From assembly GCF_963921235.1 (NCBI RefSeq), contig NC_086097.1:73906001-73970000 (forward strand): a stretch of 64,000 nt of DNA, read 5' to 3'. Numbering within the stretch: position 1 is the stretch's first letter; each line of letters starts with the position of its first letter. The position numbers and the translations under genes are program-made. Source of the DNA: Mobula hypostoma (lineage: Eukaryota). Of this stretch, positions 1-12,424 are shown piece after piece. Under the pieces are notes generated by a model that did no database searches, was not told the DNA's origin, and saw only the letters and a list, made by a program, of their open reading frames with translations.

Positions 1-790
1 GCACACATTTCTAATTTCCTGTTTAATGCCATCCCCAACCTCACTACTACTGTTAAGTGGCCTGTACACAACTCCCACCAGCGTTTTCTGCCCCTTAGTG
101 TTATGCAGCTCTACCCATATCGATTTCACATCCTCCCAGCTAATGTCCTTCCTTTCTATTGCGTTAATCTCCTCTCTAACCAGCAATGCTACCCCACCTC
201 CTTTTCTTTCATGTCTATCCCTCCTGAATATTGTATATCCCTGAATGTTGAGCTCCCACCCTTGGTCACCCTGGAGCCATGTCTCTGTGATCCCAACTAT
301 ATCATATTCATTAATAACAATCTGCACTTTTAATTCATCCACCTTATTACGAATGCTCCTTGCATTGACACACAATGCTTTCAGGCTTGCTTTTACAACA
401 CTCTTAGCCCAAATACAATTATGTTGAAAAGTGGCCCTTTTTGATTTTTGCCCTGGATTTGCTTGCCTGCCACTTTTACTTTTCACCTTACTACTTTTTG
501 CTTCTACCCTCATTTTACACCTCTCTGTCTCTCTGCACTTGTTCCCATCCCCCTGCCACATTAGTTTAAATCCTCTGGAACATCAGTAGCAAATGCTCCC
601 CCTAGGACATTGGTTCCAGTCCAGCCCAGGTGCAGACCATCCTGTTTGTACTGGTCCCACCTCCTCCAGAACTGGTTCCAATGCCCCAGAAATTTGAATC
701 CCTCCCCCTTGCACCATTTTTCAAGCCACATATTCATCTGATATATCCTTCTATTTCTACTCTGACTAGCACAGACAGGGACAGGAACTA
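1..790 (-). mobile_element. CR1-clade LINE fragment: end of ORF1 (SGNH/GDSL esterase domain) and start of ORF2 (APE endonuclease), running off the left edge
   Basis: ORF 561-806 reads NMWLEKWCKGEGFKFLGHWNQFW...YKQDGLHLGWTGTNVLG (DGLH esterase motif). The reverse complement of 1-360 reads YDIVGITETWLQGDQGWELNIQGYTIFRRDR...KGGGVALLV...IWVEL. Confidence 0.9.
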
Positions 791-2480
791 TATAGACCAT
801 AGACATAGGAGCAAAATTAGACTATTTGGCCCATCAAATCTCCTCCACCATTTCATTGTGGTAGATCTATTTCACTTTCAGTCCCAATCTCCTGTCTTTT
901 CCCCATAACCCTTCATGCCCTGACTAATCAAGAACCTATCAATCTCTGCCTTAAGTATACCCAATGAGTTGGCCTCCACAGCTGCCTGTGGCAACGAATT
1001 CCACAGATTCACCACTCTCTGGTTAAAGAAATTCCTCCTCATCTCTGTTCTAAAAGAAGCGGATCCAACATAGACTTCTGTGGAACACCACTATTCACCA
1101 GCAGCTAACCAGAAAAGGCTCCCTTTATTCCAACTCTTTGTCTCCTACCAATCAGCCAATATCTTTCCTGTAATACAATGGGTTCTTAACTTGTTATGCA
1201 GCCTATTGTGTGGCACCTTCTTAAAGGCCTTCTGAAAATCCAAGTACACAACATCCACCAATTCTCCTTTACCTATCCTGGTTATTTCTTCAAAGAATTC
1301 CAACAGATTTGTCAGATAAGATTTTCCTTTAAGGAAACCATGCTTACTATGACCTATTTTAACATGTACCTCCAAGTATCCTGAAACCACATCCTTAACA
1401 ATCAACTCCAACATCTTCCCAACTACTAAAGTCAGATTAGCTAGCCTATAATTTCCTTTCTTCTGTCTCTAATCCTTCTTGAAGAATGGAATGACATTTG
1501 CAATTTTCCATTCCTCTGGAAACATGCCAGATCAATTGATTCTTGAAAGATAATTACTAATGCCTCTTCAATCTCTTCAGCTGCCTCTTTCATCTGGTCC
1601 AGGTGACTTTAAGACCTCTTAGTTTCTCAAGAACCTTCTTCCTAGTAATGGCAACTTCACACACTTCTGTTCCCTGATACTCTTGAACATCTGGCATACT
1701 GCTAGTGTCTTTCACAGTTCATCTGCCATTTCCTTTACCCTCATTACTACCTCTCCAGCATCATTTTCCCCTGGTCCAATATCTACTCTCACCCCCTTTT
1801 ACGCATTATATATCTAAAAAATCTTTTGGTATCTTCTTTAATATTGTTAGCTAGCTTACCTTCATGTTCCATCTTTTCCTTTTTTACAACTTTTTTGCCT
1901 TCTGTTGGTTTTTCAAAGTTTCTCAATCCTCTAAGTTCCCACTAATTTTTGCTCTATTATATATCCTTTCTTTGGATTTTATGTTGGCCTTGACTTCTCT
2001 TGTTAACTATGGTTGTGTCATCCTGCCTATAGAATACTCTTCTTCTTTGGGATGCACATACCCTGCACCTTCCAAATTGCTCCCAGGAATTCCAGCCATT
2101 GCTGTTCTGCCATCATCCTTGCCAGTGTTCTTTTCCAATCAATTTTGACCAGCTCCTCTCTCATGTCTCTGTAACTCACTTTACACCACTGTAATACCGA
2201 TATATCCGACCTTAGCTTCTCTTTTTCAAATTGCAGGGTGAACTTTATCATATTATGATCACTTGTCCCTAAGGGTTCCTTTACCTTAAGATCTCTAATG
2301 AATTCCAGTTCATTGCACAACACCCATTCCAGAATAGCTAATCTCCTGGTGGGCTCAACCAAGAGCTGCACTAGAAAACCACCTTGTGGGTATTCTAGAA
2401 ATTCCCCCTCTTGGGATCTAGTACCAACCTGATTTTCTCAATCTACCTGCATATTGAAATCCCCCATTGATAATCGTAAC
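791..2480 (-). mobile_element. Decayed, internally deleted CR1 LINE (APE remnant, RT remnant, 3' UTR)
   Basis: ORF pieces EPTRRLAILEWVL..PLGTSDHNMIKF and HGFLKGKSYLTNLLEFFEE..VDVVYLDFQKAF. The CATAGA-type tail lies near 790-810. Confidence 0.88.
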
Positions 2481-3171
2481 ATCTGACCACAATAACTGAA
2501 CCTTCTGTTTTTTCACTTTTCACTGGCTCATTGCTTTTCCTTTGTTATCTTCCACTGTCCATTATTCCTGGTCCTGTCCTCAACATTCTGTTTTGCAGAT
2601 TGCTTCTTTTTAAAAAAAAACAAATTCACCACGTCGAATCCTTTTGATGCTGCTTTTTTTCCTCCTGTCACTTTTCAACTCAGTTTTCTTCATGCATGTT
2701 CATCACTGCCTTACCATCATTTTACTTTTGAACTGACTTCACAGAGATGTACTTTCTGTGTAACACTACTGCTGTCAAAATCTTTCCAGGGAGTTAACAT
2801 GGAAACTGTCTCTAATGTTTTTAAGTAAGTACTTTTCTTGGTTTCACCCACATACAACAATTTCATCTTACTATAATTCTCACAGAACTTAGTACTGTGG
2901 TAACCTCACAGTACCAAATTAACTTAATAGTCTTGCTATTGGAATGTAATACCTCCAGAGAATTTGCTTTTATAAAGGCATACAACTGATATCTACTGCT
3001 CTTCTAATGAATTCCAGTTAAATTCTATAACAGTCAGTGTTACAGTAGTATGAGGCAAAATATCTACAGCATAGTCCATAATAAATTCAATTTGAATGTA
3101 AGAATTAAAATTCCATTTCCATTTCAGCATTTTGAATAGCTTATTCCCTTGAATAGCTTGGGTAGTGGGTA

Positions 3172-3541
3172 GTGGCTCCATATGTCACTACTACAGGACG
3201 TGACGACCCTGCCTTACACGAGTCCCGGGCTCAGCTGGCTCCGGCTGACGGTACCTGGTATGGGCCCCTATCCAGGGTTACAGATCCCACTGCCTTGTGA
3301 GTATCTAAGGAGTAAACCCTACACAAATCCGGAGTGGAGCCCTTAAGACAGTTGGATGATGTATCACATCACCTCTTGGCAGCTCCTGCAGCCAAGCTGT
3401 ACTGCTTCACATTCCTTTGGAACACATCCGCGAGGCCAAGAGGGGGATCTTGATGTCTGGGCAGCTCAGGATCTCCATATTCATCACCTAGGTCTGCGCC
3501 CGAGCAGGTGCATCCATTGTCTATGAGACAGATGGAGCCAT
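3172..3541. mobile_element. Unclassified ~370-bp non-coding element with short terminal inverted repeats
   Basis: Left end tggctccatatgtcac (3173-3188) versus reverse complement of the right end tggctccatctgtctc (3525-3540). GC-richer than its flanks, with TA at 3170-71 and 3542-43. Confidence 0.45.
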
Positions 3542-3559
3542 TAATTAAATTCCCTTCAA

Positions 3560-4300
3560 AACTCCCTGGTCCATTCTCCTTCCTCTACTAAGCATTTCTG
3601 TCTTATGGTACTTTCTTGTTCAACTGCTGGAGATGCAACACAGGCCCTTTCACCTCTTTCTTTGCCACATTCAGGAATTCAAACAGTTTTTCCACATTAT
3701 GAGCCATGCAGCTGCACTTCTTCTGATCTACTGTACTACATTTAGTGTTCACAATGTGATGTTCGTTACATTGGAGAAGCCAAATGCAGATTGGTGACTG
3801 CTTTGCTGAGTGTTTATTATGCAGGGTTGATACCGAGCTTGTGGTCATCCTCAGGTTTAATATTCTTTATCCCACTGCCACCCTGACCTTTCTGTCCATG
3901 GTCACCTGCACTACTACAACAAGGATCAACACAAGGCTGAGGGATAACACCTCATTCACCTCATTTTCTGTCTGAGCATGTTGCAGCCTAATCAACTCAT
4001 ACTCAATTCACCAACTTCAGCGAACTTGCTCTTTCCTTCCGTCTACATCAGAACTGTCATCCATCTGTGCTTTGGTTCAGTTTTTCTTTTCCTACTATTG
4101 TAGCCTGGGCTGCAAGTCATCTCCTACAGTCCTGCTGTTGGTAATATTTCATAATGACTAGTAAGCAAAATCTGCATCCGTCACATTTAATCAAAGAGTT
4201 TCCATTTATTTTAGACATTGCTCCCCACCTTCTCTGTTAGTGCAAACAAATATTGTATGTTTATTCTCCTTCCTTGCTTTGAAAAAGGTCTCGGTTACGA
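3560..4300 (+). mobile_element. Highly decayed Penelope-like element (GIY-YIG endonuclease end and 3' region)
   Basis: Remnants of YIGEAKCRL and of a C-terminal HLIF.L..LQP segment, colinear with the better preserved copy at 19.4-20.3 kb. Confidence 0.7.
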
Positions 4301-4319
4301 AGTATTAACATGGACACAC

Positions 4320-5610
4320 AAGGACTGCAGATGCTGGAATACAGGAGATTCTGCAAATGCTGGAAATCCAGAGCAACAGACACAAAGTGCTGGAGCAACT
4401 TTAGGGGTCAGGCAGTGTCTATGGAAACGAATAAACAGACAACGTTTCAGGTCAAAGTCTTTCATCAGGACTGCAAAGGTAGGGGGAAGACGCCAGATGG
4501 GTGGGAAAGGTAAAGGGCTGGAGAAGAAAGAATCTGATAGGAGAGGAGAGTGGACCATGGGAGAAAGGGAAGAAAGAGGGGCAGCAGGAGGAGGTGATAG
4601 GCAGGTGAGAAGATGTATGAGGACAGAGTGGGGGACAGAAGAAGAGGGCAGGGAGAGGAAAAAACAATTACTGGAAGGAAAAATCAATGTTCATGCCATC
4701 AGGGTGGAGGCTACCTAGACAGAATATGAAGTGTTCCTCCTCCACCCTGAGATGGTATCACTGTGGCTAAAGAGGAGGCTGTGGATCAACATGTCAGAAC
4801 AGGAATGCAGATAGGAAGTTAAATGGTTGGCCGCATCAGGAGCACTGGATACAAAAGACAACCGCAACAGATTCGCAGGTGAAGTGTTGCCTCACCTGGA
4901 AGGACTGTTTGGGACCTTGAAAAGAGATAAGATAGGAGGTAAATGTGCAGGTGCAGCATTTCTGTCTCTTGCAGGGATATGTGCCCAGAGGGAAATTAGT
5001 GGAGAGGGACAAATGGACAATGGAATTACAGAGGGAGAAATCCTTTCAGAAAATGGAGAGTGGAGGGAGATAAAGATGTGTTTGATGTGGAGATTCATGG
5101 GGTGGTAGGTGAGGAGAAGAGGAACTCTATCCCTATTAAGGTGGTGGGTAGATGGGTTGAGCGTAAATGTCCAGGAAATGAAGGAGATGTAGTTGAGGCC
5201 AGTATCAATAGTGGAGGAAGGGAAAACCTGTTCTTTGAAGAAGGAGGACATCTCTGATATCCTGGAAAGGAAACCCGGATTCTTGGAAAAGATGTGGTGG
5301 AGACGAAAGAACTGAGAAAAGGAAACAGCATTTTTACAGGAGGCAGGGTGGGAACAGGTAAAGTTAATATAGTGATGGGAATCGATAGGTTTACATAAGA
5401 TGTCCGTAGTAGACAGTTTATCTCCACAGATGGAGGCAAATGATTGAGATAGGGGGAGACGTGTCAGAAATGGACCAAGTGAATTTAAGGACAGATTACA
5501 AGTTGGAGGCAAAGTTGATGAAATTGACAGGCTCAACATGGATGCATGAAGCAGCACCAATGCAGATGTCAATATACTACAGGAAGAGAGCATTATTAGG
5601 GAATGCTTGG
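4320..5610 (-). mobile_element. Penelope-like element fragment (RT C-terminus, GIY-YIG region, pseudo-LTR with decayed hammerhead)
   Basis: ORF 4892-5716 contains GDKLSTTDILCKPIDSHHYINFTCSHPASCKNAVSFSQFFRL and RDRVPLLLTYHP. The minus strand at about 4435-4475 reads cagtcCTGATGAaagactttgacctGAAAcgtt. Confidence 0.88.
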
Positions 5611-6169
5611 AACATGGATGGACTAAGGAAGGTTTGGAATCTGAAGCAACAAAGAAGCTTCTGGAGGAAATCAGTGTGTCAAGCAGCATCTGTGGGTGGA
5701 AAGGAATTACTGACATTGCAGGTCCTGAAAGAAGGTTTCAACCTAAAAGGTTGAGAATTCCTTTGGCTCTGCAGATGCTGCTTGACCTGCTGAGTTCCTC
5801 CTACTGACTGTTTATTGCTGAAATAGCTACCATTTCTCTTTCCTTAGATGTTGCTTGAATTGGTGAGTGTTTCCAGCAATTCCTATCATCATTGAAATAG
5901 CATGCTTGAAAATGACTACTTTGCAGTTATAACACAGCTGTTGAAAAATTGTGATGGAATATTAGGAGAAATGTACATGATCCTAAAATTATTCTCCGTT
6001 GCACCAGCTTTCTAGAACTGTAGAGTGAGAAGCTTAGTCATTTGGTTGCTGGCTGCTGATTGGCAATTTGATTATGGGAGGTTGTCCATCTCAAAATTAG
6101 ATTCAAACTCTTTCCTACTTCTGGATGCCTTTTGTGTCTGGAAATCCCCCTTTTATATCTATTAAATGT

Positions 6170-7150
6170 ATTCAGCAGCACATGTTAAGGCAGAGAATTC
6201 CAGGGATTTGTCCTCCTTTGAATGAAGAAATTTCTTCTCATCTCAGTTTAATCCATGCTATTCAAAGAACCCTGTCTCAATCTCATTCCTTGAGATTGTG
6301 ATCCCTCATTTGAGACCTGTAATCAGGGAGGTCTCATCTTCCCCACATCTGGTCTGTATTACTAAATCAGAATTTTGAACAGTTCATTAGAATCCTTTGT
6401 CATTCTTTTGAACTCTAATCAATGCAGTCATATTGCCTCATTATATGACAATCCTGGAATCCCACTGTGGCAAGTAATATCTTATCTCTAGTAAGGAGAC
6501 CAAAACTCTACATAATAACCCAGGTGTGGTCTCACTGAAAGATGGCCTTACGATGAAGGCCAACATACTACTCATCCTCTTAACTGTAGCTGGATGCAGT
6601 ATTTGCTTTCAAGGATCGGTGTACAAGGACACTTGTTTCCTTTCCTTCATCAGCATTTCCCAGTTTATAACAGTTAGATAATAATCCATTTTACTAATTT
6701 CCTTCCCAGAGGATAACTTCAGATTTATCCATTTTATACCTCATCTGCCATGTGTGAATTTACTCACTCACTCAACGTTCAATGTGCTGTGTGTCCTCGG
6801 ACCTCACAATTTCACCCAGTTGAGAGCCATCAGCAAACTTAAAAGATATTACGTATGACACCCTTAACCAGTGAATGATGTACATTCTAAACAGTGTGTC
6901 ACTGCCTGCTCTCCGCACCCCCCCCAAGAAAATCCCATTTATTCCTACTCTCTGGCTCCTATCCATCAACCAGTTTTCAATACACAATAATGATGTAATC
7001 CTAGTCTAATTTTCTTTCATTCTGCACATTAATCTCTTATTTTTATCTAAGGCCCTGTGAAAATTAAAATACAGCACATCCATTGGTTCATCCTTAGTAT
7101 TCCATCAGTTACGTCTTCTAGAAACTCCAGCGGGTTGGTGAAAAATGATT
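6170..7150 (-). mobile_element. Old CR1 RT/3' fragment
   Basis: ENWLMDRSQRVGING and ISFKFADGSQLG remnants in ORF 6772-6987. Confidence 0.75.
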
Positions 7151-8018
7151 CTAGCAATACAATCTGGAAATTAAATAGCAATACAAGTATAAATGGAGGA
7201 ACTTATAAATATTATCACTGATTCTGTCATTAATTAATGTTTATGTGCTGTATACAAACAGCTCATCTATTTTGTAGAACAATATGGTTACACCAAGTCA
7301 AAAAGCAAAAGCTCTCATTTGGTTGTTGGCTGCTGATTGTCGTCAAGCCAGACTGAAAGAGCTAGTAACTATACGTTGTAGCACTTGCTGTCTGGCATTG
7401 GGTAAATGCGAACCACACAAAATGCTGGAGGAACTCAGGTCAGATAGCATCTATGGAAATGAATAAACAGTCATTTCGCGTCAAGACCCTTCATCAGGAC
7501 TGGAAAAAAAAGATGAGAAGTTTTCTCATGTTGGTGATTAGGCAAGTGCGATCGATTTGGCCAGAGCCACAGTGACATCAGGTTCCATGAACAGTCAATA
7601 ATACTAAAGCATTCTCCCATATAATAAATCAGAAAAAAAATGCATAGTGACATAGGCGACAGCAGAGCTTCGCTTCCAGATGAGCTCAATGCCTCCTAAG
7701 CTCTCTTTGATCACCAGAACAGGGAGGAACCATCACGCACCACAATGTCTCCCTATGATCATTTGGCCTCAGTATCTGAAGATGACTTGCGGTCTGCTTT
7801 CACGAGAGTGAACCCAGGGAAAGCAACCGATCTCAATGGAGTACCTGGCTGAGCAATGAAGACTTATGCTGACCAAATGGCTGGTGTATCCATAGATATC
7901 TTCAACCTCTCGCTCCAGCAGTGTGTGGCACCCACCAGTTTCAAGCAGGCTTCAATCGTACTGGTGCTCAAGAAGAGCGTGATCACCTGTCTAAGTGACT
8001 ATTGCCCAGTGGCACTTA

Positions 8019-9739
8019 CAGTGCCTATAAAAAGTACTCACTCCCTTTGTAAATTTTCATGTTTTATTATTTTACAAAATTGAATTACAGTGGATTTAAT
8101 TTGGCTTTTTTGTCACTGATCAACAGAAACAGACTCTTGTGTCAAAGTGAAAACAGATGTCTACAGTGTGATCTAAATTAATTACAAATGTAAAACACAA
8201 AATAATTGATTGCTTAAATATCCTCCACCCCACCCCCCCACCCCTTTAGTAAGACACAAATCGTCACTGGTGTAGTCAACTGGTTTTAGAAGTCACATAA
8301 TTAGTTAAATGGAGATCTGTTTTTGGAGACCGGTGTGCAGTCAGTGTTTCAATTAATTGTATTAAAAATAAACCTGTATCTGGAAGGTGCAACTGCTGGT
8401 GAGTCAAAATCCTGGCAAAAACTACACCAGGAAGACAAAAGAACAGTCTAAGCAACTCCACAAAAAGGCTATTGAAAAGCACAGGTCAGGAGATGGATAC
8501 AAGAACATTTCCAAGTCACAGACGAATGGCCTTGGCGTACGGTTAGTCAATCATGAAGAAATGGAAGGAGTATGGCACAGCTGTAAATCTGCCTAGAGCA
8601 GGCCGTCCTCAAAAACTGAGTGACCATGCAAGAAGGAGATTAGTGAAGGAAGTCACCAAGAGACCTAGGACAACTCTGGAGCAGTTATAAGCTTCAGTGG
8701 CTGAGATGAGAGACGATGTGCATACAACTATAGGTCAGTGGGACTAGGCAGAAGATGGTTCGGCACAGCCAAGGAGGGCCAAAAGGCCTGTTTCTGTGCT
8801 GTAGTTTTTTACGGTTTCTATGGTTTCTAACTGTTGCCTGCATGCTTCATCTCTTGCAGCTGTATGGGACAGTGGCAAAGAGAAAGCCACTGTTGAAAAA
8901 AAACTCATATGAAGTCACAGCTAGAGTTTCACAGAAGACATGTGGAGACTCTGAAGTCAGCTGGAAGAAGGTTCTCTGGTCTGATGAAACCAAAATCGAA
9001 CTTCTTGGCCATCAGACTAAATGCTATGCACATCATCAAAAACGCACAATCCTTACCGTGAAGCATGGTGGTAGTTGCATCATGCTGTGGAGATACTTCA
9101 CTGCAGCAGGCCCTGGAAGGCCTGTGAAGCTGGACGGTAAAATGAAAGCAGAAAAATAAAGTGAAATTCTGGAGGAAAACCTGATGCAGTCTGCAAGAGA
9201 ACTGCGACTTGAGGGAATGACAACAAGCATAAAGCCAAAGCCACACAGGAATGGCTTAAAAACAACAAAGTTAATGTCCTTGAGTAGCTAAGTCAGAGAC
9301 CAGATCTTGATCCAATTGAGAATTTGTGGCGGGACTTGAAAAGGGCTGTTCACTCACGATCCCTATGCAACCTGACAGAGCTTGAGCAGTTTTGTAAAGA
9401 AGAATTGGGAAAAATTGCAGTGTCCAAGATGTGCAAAGCTGATAGACATATCCACACAGACTCAAGGCTGTAACTGCTGCCAAAGGTGATCTACTAAGTA
9501 CTGACTTGAGGGGGGGGGGTGAATACTTATGCAATCAATTATTTTGTGTTTTATACTTGTAATTAATTTAGATCATTTTGTAGAGATCTGCATTCATTTT
9601 GACATGGAAGACTCTTTTTCTGTTGATCAGTGTCAAAAAAGCCAAATTAAATCCACCGTGATTCAATGCTGTAAAACAATTAAACAGGAAAAATTCCCGG
9701 GGGGGGGGCGCGGTTTGTGAATACTTTTTATAGGCAATG
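8019..9739 (+). mobile_element. Tc1-family DNA transposon with ~220-bp IR/DR-type inverted repeats; transposase is a pseudogene
   Basis: Ends cagtgcctataaaaagtactcac ... gtgaatactttttataggcaatg, with TA at 8017-18 (right copy mutated to AA). Transposase motifs HRSGDGYKNISK, AKRKPLL, WKKVLWSDETKIEL, TVKHGG and PDLDPIENLW, with stops and frameshifts. Confidence 0.95.
8731..8829 (+). mobile_element. Severely 5'-truncated CR1 3' tail inserted in the Tc1 transposase
   Basis: gggccaaaaggcctgtttctgtgctgtag followed by a ggtttcta repeat tail, as at other CR1 3' ends in the window. Confidence 0.8.
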
Positions 9740-10814
9740 AACATATGCAGTGATGACGTGTTTTGAGAGGCTGGTGTTGAAGCATATCAACTCCTGTCTG
9801 AGTGGCAACTTGGATCTGCTCCAATTCGCCTATCAAAGCAACAGGTCTACAGCAGATGCTATCTCATTGGCTCCTCACACAACTGTGGAACATCTGCACA
9901 GCAAAGATGCAAAAGTCAGGATGCTCTTTTTCTAATTACAGTTCAACATTTAACACCATCATCTCCTCAGAACTAATCAGTAAACTCCAAGACCTGGCCT
10001 TCAATACCCACTTCTGTAACTGAATCCTGGATTGCCTCACTTGTAGATACCAGTCAGTTCAGATTGGCAAAAACATCTCCACCACAATCTCCATTGGCAC
10101 AGGAACACTGCTAGATGTGTACTCAGTCCCCTGCTCTACAGGCTATAAATAGTATGCTCCTATGACTGTGTGGCTAAGTATAGCTCCAACACCATATACA
10201 ACTTTGCTGATGATACCACTGTTGTGGGCTGTATCAAAGGTGGTGATGAATCAGCATACTGGAGGGAGATTAAAAATTTGGCTGAGAGGTGTAATTACAA
10301 CCTGTCACTCAATGTCAACAAGTCTAAGGAACTGATAGGAGACTTCAGGAGAGGAAAACCAGGGGCCCATGAGCAACTAGTCATCAGAGGATTAGAGGTG
10401 GAGAGGGTCAGTAACTTTAACATCCTGGATGTCACTATCTCAGAGCACCTGTCCTGGACCCATCATATAAATATAATTGCAAAGAGAGCACAACAGCACC
10501 TTTACTTCCTCAGGAGTCTGCAGAGATTTGGTATGTCATCAAAAACCTTGGCAAACTTCTATAGAGGTATGGTGGAAAGTGTGCTGATTGGCTGCATTAA
10601 GGCCTGGTTTGGGAATACAAATGCCTTTGAGCAGAACATCCTACAAAAGGTAGTGGATTCAGCCCAGTATATCACGAGTAAAACCCTTCCAATAACAGAG
10701 CACATCTACTTGAACCACTGCCATAGAAAAGCAGCATCCATCATAAAAGGTCCTCACCACCGAGGCCATGCTCTTTTATCGCTGCTGCCATCAGGCAGAT
10801 GGTACAGGTGCTTT

Positions 10815-11350
10815 GGAGTGTATGGGGTGTCAGGGAGGGGTAGCACCTCTGGTGGGGGAACATGTTGCATCCTTTTCAAGGCGGTTAGTCCACCTTTGGT
10901 CCCCACCTGGCACTCAGCTCTTACCTGTGGCTCCCTGTAGCTGTTTGCATGCGACAGCGGCCACACCCTGGGCAATGGCTTCGACAAGCCGGCTAAACCA
11001 GGTGAGGGTAGCCGACGGGTCTCAAACCCTTGGTGAGATAGGGAGTTGTCTATCCCAGCATGTGAAGACAGACTCCTGCGGATTGTGCGGATGAGACCAA
11101 TGGAAGGTCCAATGGTCAAGAAGGCAGTCTCTGCAAGTGCTGTGGAACGTGTAGAGCAGGACAAGACACAGAAGATGTCCTGATCATCCACTGCACCTAG
11201 TCCCAGCTCCAGCCGTCTCGACTCTGTCTTGCCACTGGATCCAGATGGGAATTGGGAAGAGAGAGTGAGGCTGACGCTGCGCAACTCTCCCTCACTTAAA
11301 TCCAAATCACGCACTAGTCTTGGTCCCCGACGTTGACGATGGACGAACAC
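10815..11350 (+). mobile_element. 536-bp non-autonomous retroposon, probably RTE-derived, inserted in the Rex1 element
   Basis: Flanked by acaggtgcttt (10804-14) and acaggtgcctt (11351-61), an 11-bp TSD with one mismatch. The Rex1 sequence resumes after it. It ends in gacgatggacgaacac and has no credible protein. Confidence 0.8.
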
Positions 11351-12424
11351 ACAGGTGCCTTAGGACTTGTATGACCAGGTTCAAGAAGTTACTACCCCTC
11401 AACTATCAGATTTTTGAACAAAAGAGAATGGCTACACTCATTTAAGGACTCTTCTGTTTTGTTATTTCATGCTCATTATTTATTGCTATTTATTTATTAT
11501 CTGCATTTACACAGTTTGCTTACAGTTTAAAGATCCTGTTTACTGTTCTATACTGTTCTATGGATTTTTTAAGTATGCCCACAGAAAAAGAATCTCAGGG
11601 TTGTATGTGGTAAATGCACATACCCTGATAATAAATTTTACCTTGAACTTTGTTATAGTTAATACTTTAAATATTTTACAGAGGACAAAGTAATATCTGG
11701 AACATGCACGTAAATTTAAGGTGGAAGACCACAGACAATTTCACCAAAAATGCATTTTACTAACATTGATATTTTGAAATATTTATCTAAGAGAATTGGA
11801 ATTCAAATGCAAAAAATGAGTTATTTTAGATAAATAAGAGTTTAAAAATGACGCTCATTTAGATTTAGTGCAACCAGTTTTATGGTGTTTCAATGACATC
11901 TCATCATCACCTACACAGCTACATCTGATATTTAAAAGAGATAGCTACAAAAGGGAAACAAATTACTACCACCAATTTTTGAAGTTTGAAGTTAAATTAC
12001 GTGCATGCGAAAATCCCAAAGTTCTTGTCAGTTTCATGGTTTATTAGAGGGTGAAATAATTATGGTGTTACAGCAGCTATAAAATTTGGACCAGTAAGCT
12101 GAATAATCTTTCAGAAAAGGCAGAGGACTGGAAAAGCTGGACATCTGAAATAAAAAAATAAGAAATGGCTGGAGTACTCAGTAGGTCAGGAAACATCTGT
12201 AGAGAGGGAACAGGTTTAATGTAATCATAATCTTAAATACTGTGTAGATATTAAGCAGGAATGACATTAACAACAGTCTTTTTTTTGTTAGTGAAACGTG
12301 ATTTAAAGAGGCATTGATCGTGTGGACAGTCAGAGGCTTTTTCCCAGAGCATTGTGGGCCGAAGGGCCTGTATTGTGCTGCAGGTTTTCTATGTTTCTAT
12401 GTTTAATTTAAATCACTAATTTAA

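Larger units (their letters stand above)
7520..11660 (+). mobile_element. Rex1/Babar-type non-LTR retrotransposon, 5' truncated and decayed, interrupted by a Tc1 element and a 536-bp retroposon
   Basis: DIFNLSLQQCVAPTSFKQASIV..DYCPVALT continues after the Tc1 as MTCFERLVLKHI..LQFAYQSNRSTADAI, then FADDTTVVG and KRAQQHLYFLRSL. A 3' UTR with aatctcagggttgtatg..ataaatttt..ttgaactttg follows. Confidence 0.9.

Noticed and set aside
2892..2914. Short hairpin gtactgtg-N7-cacagtac, and similar 8-bp hairpins near 2740 and 17300
   Set aside because: Too short to exceed chance expectation in 64 kb.
10754..11350. 198-aa minus-strand ORF
   Set aside because: It runs antisense through a GC-rich retroposon into Rex1 sequence and has no recognisable domain.
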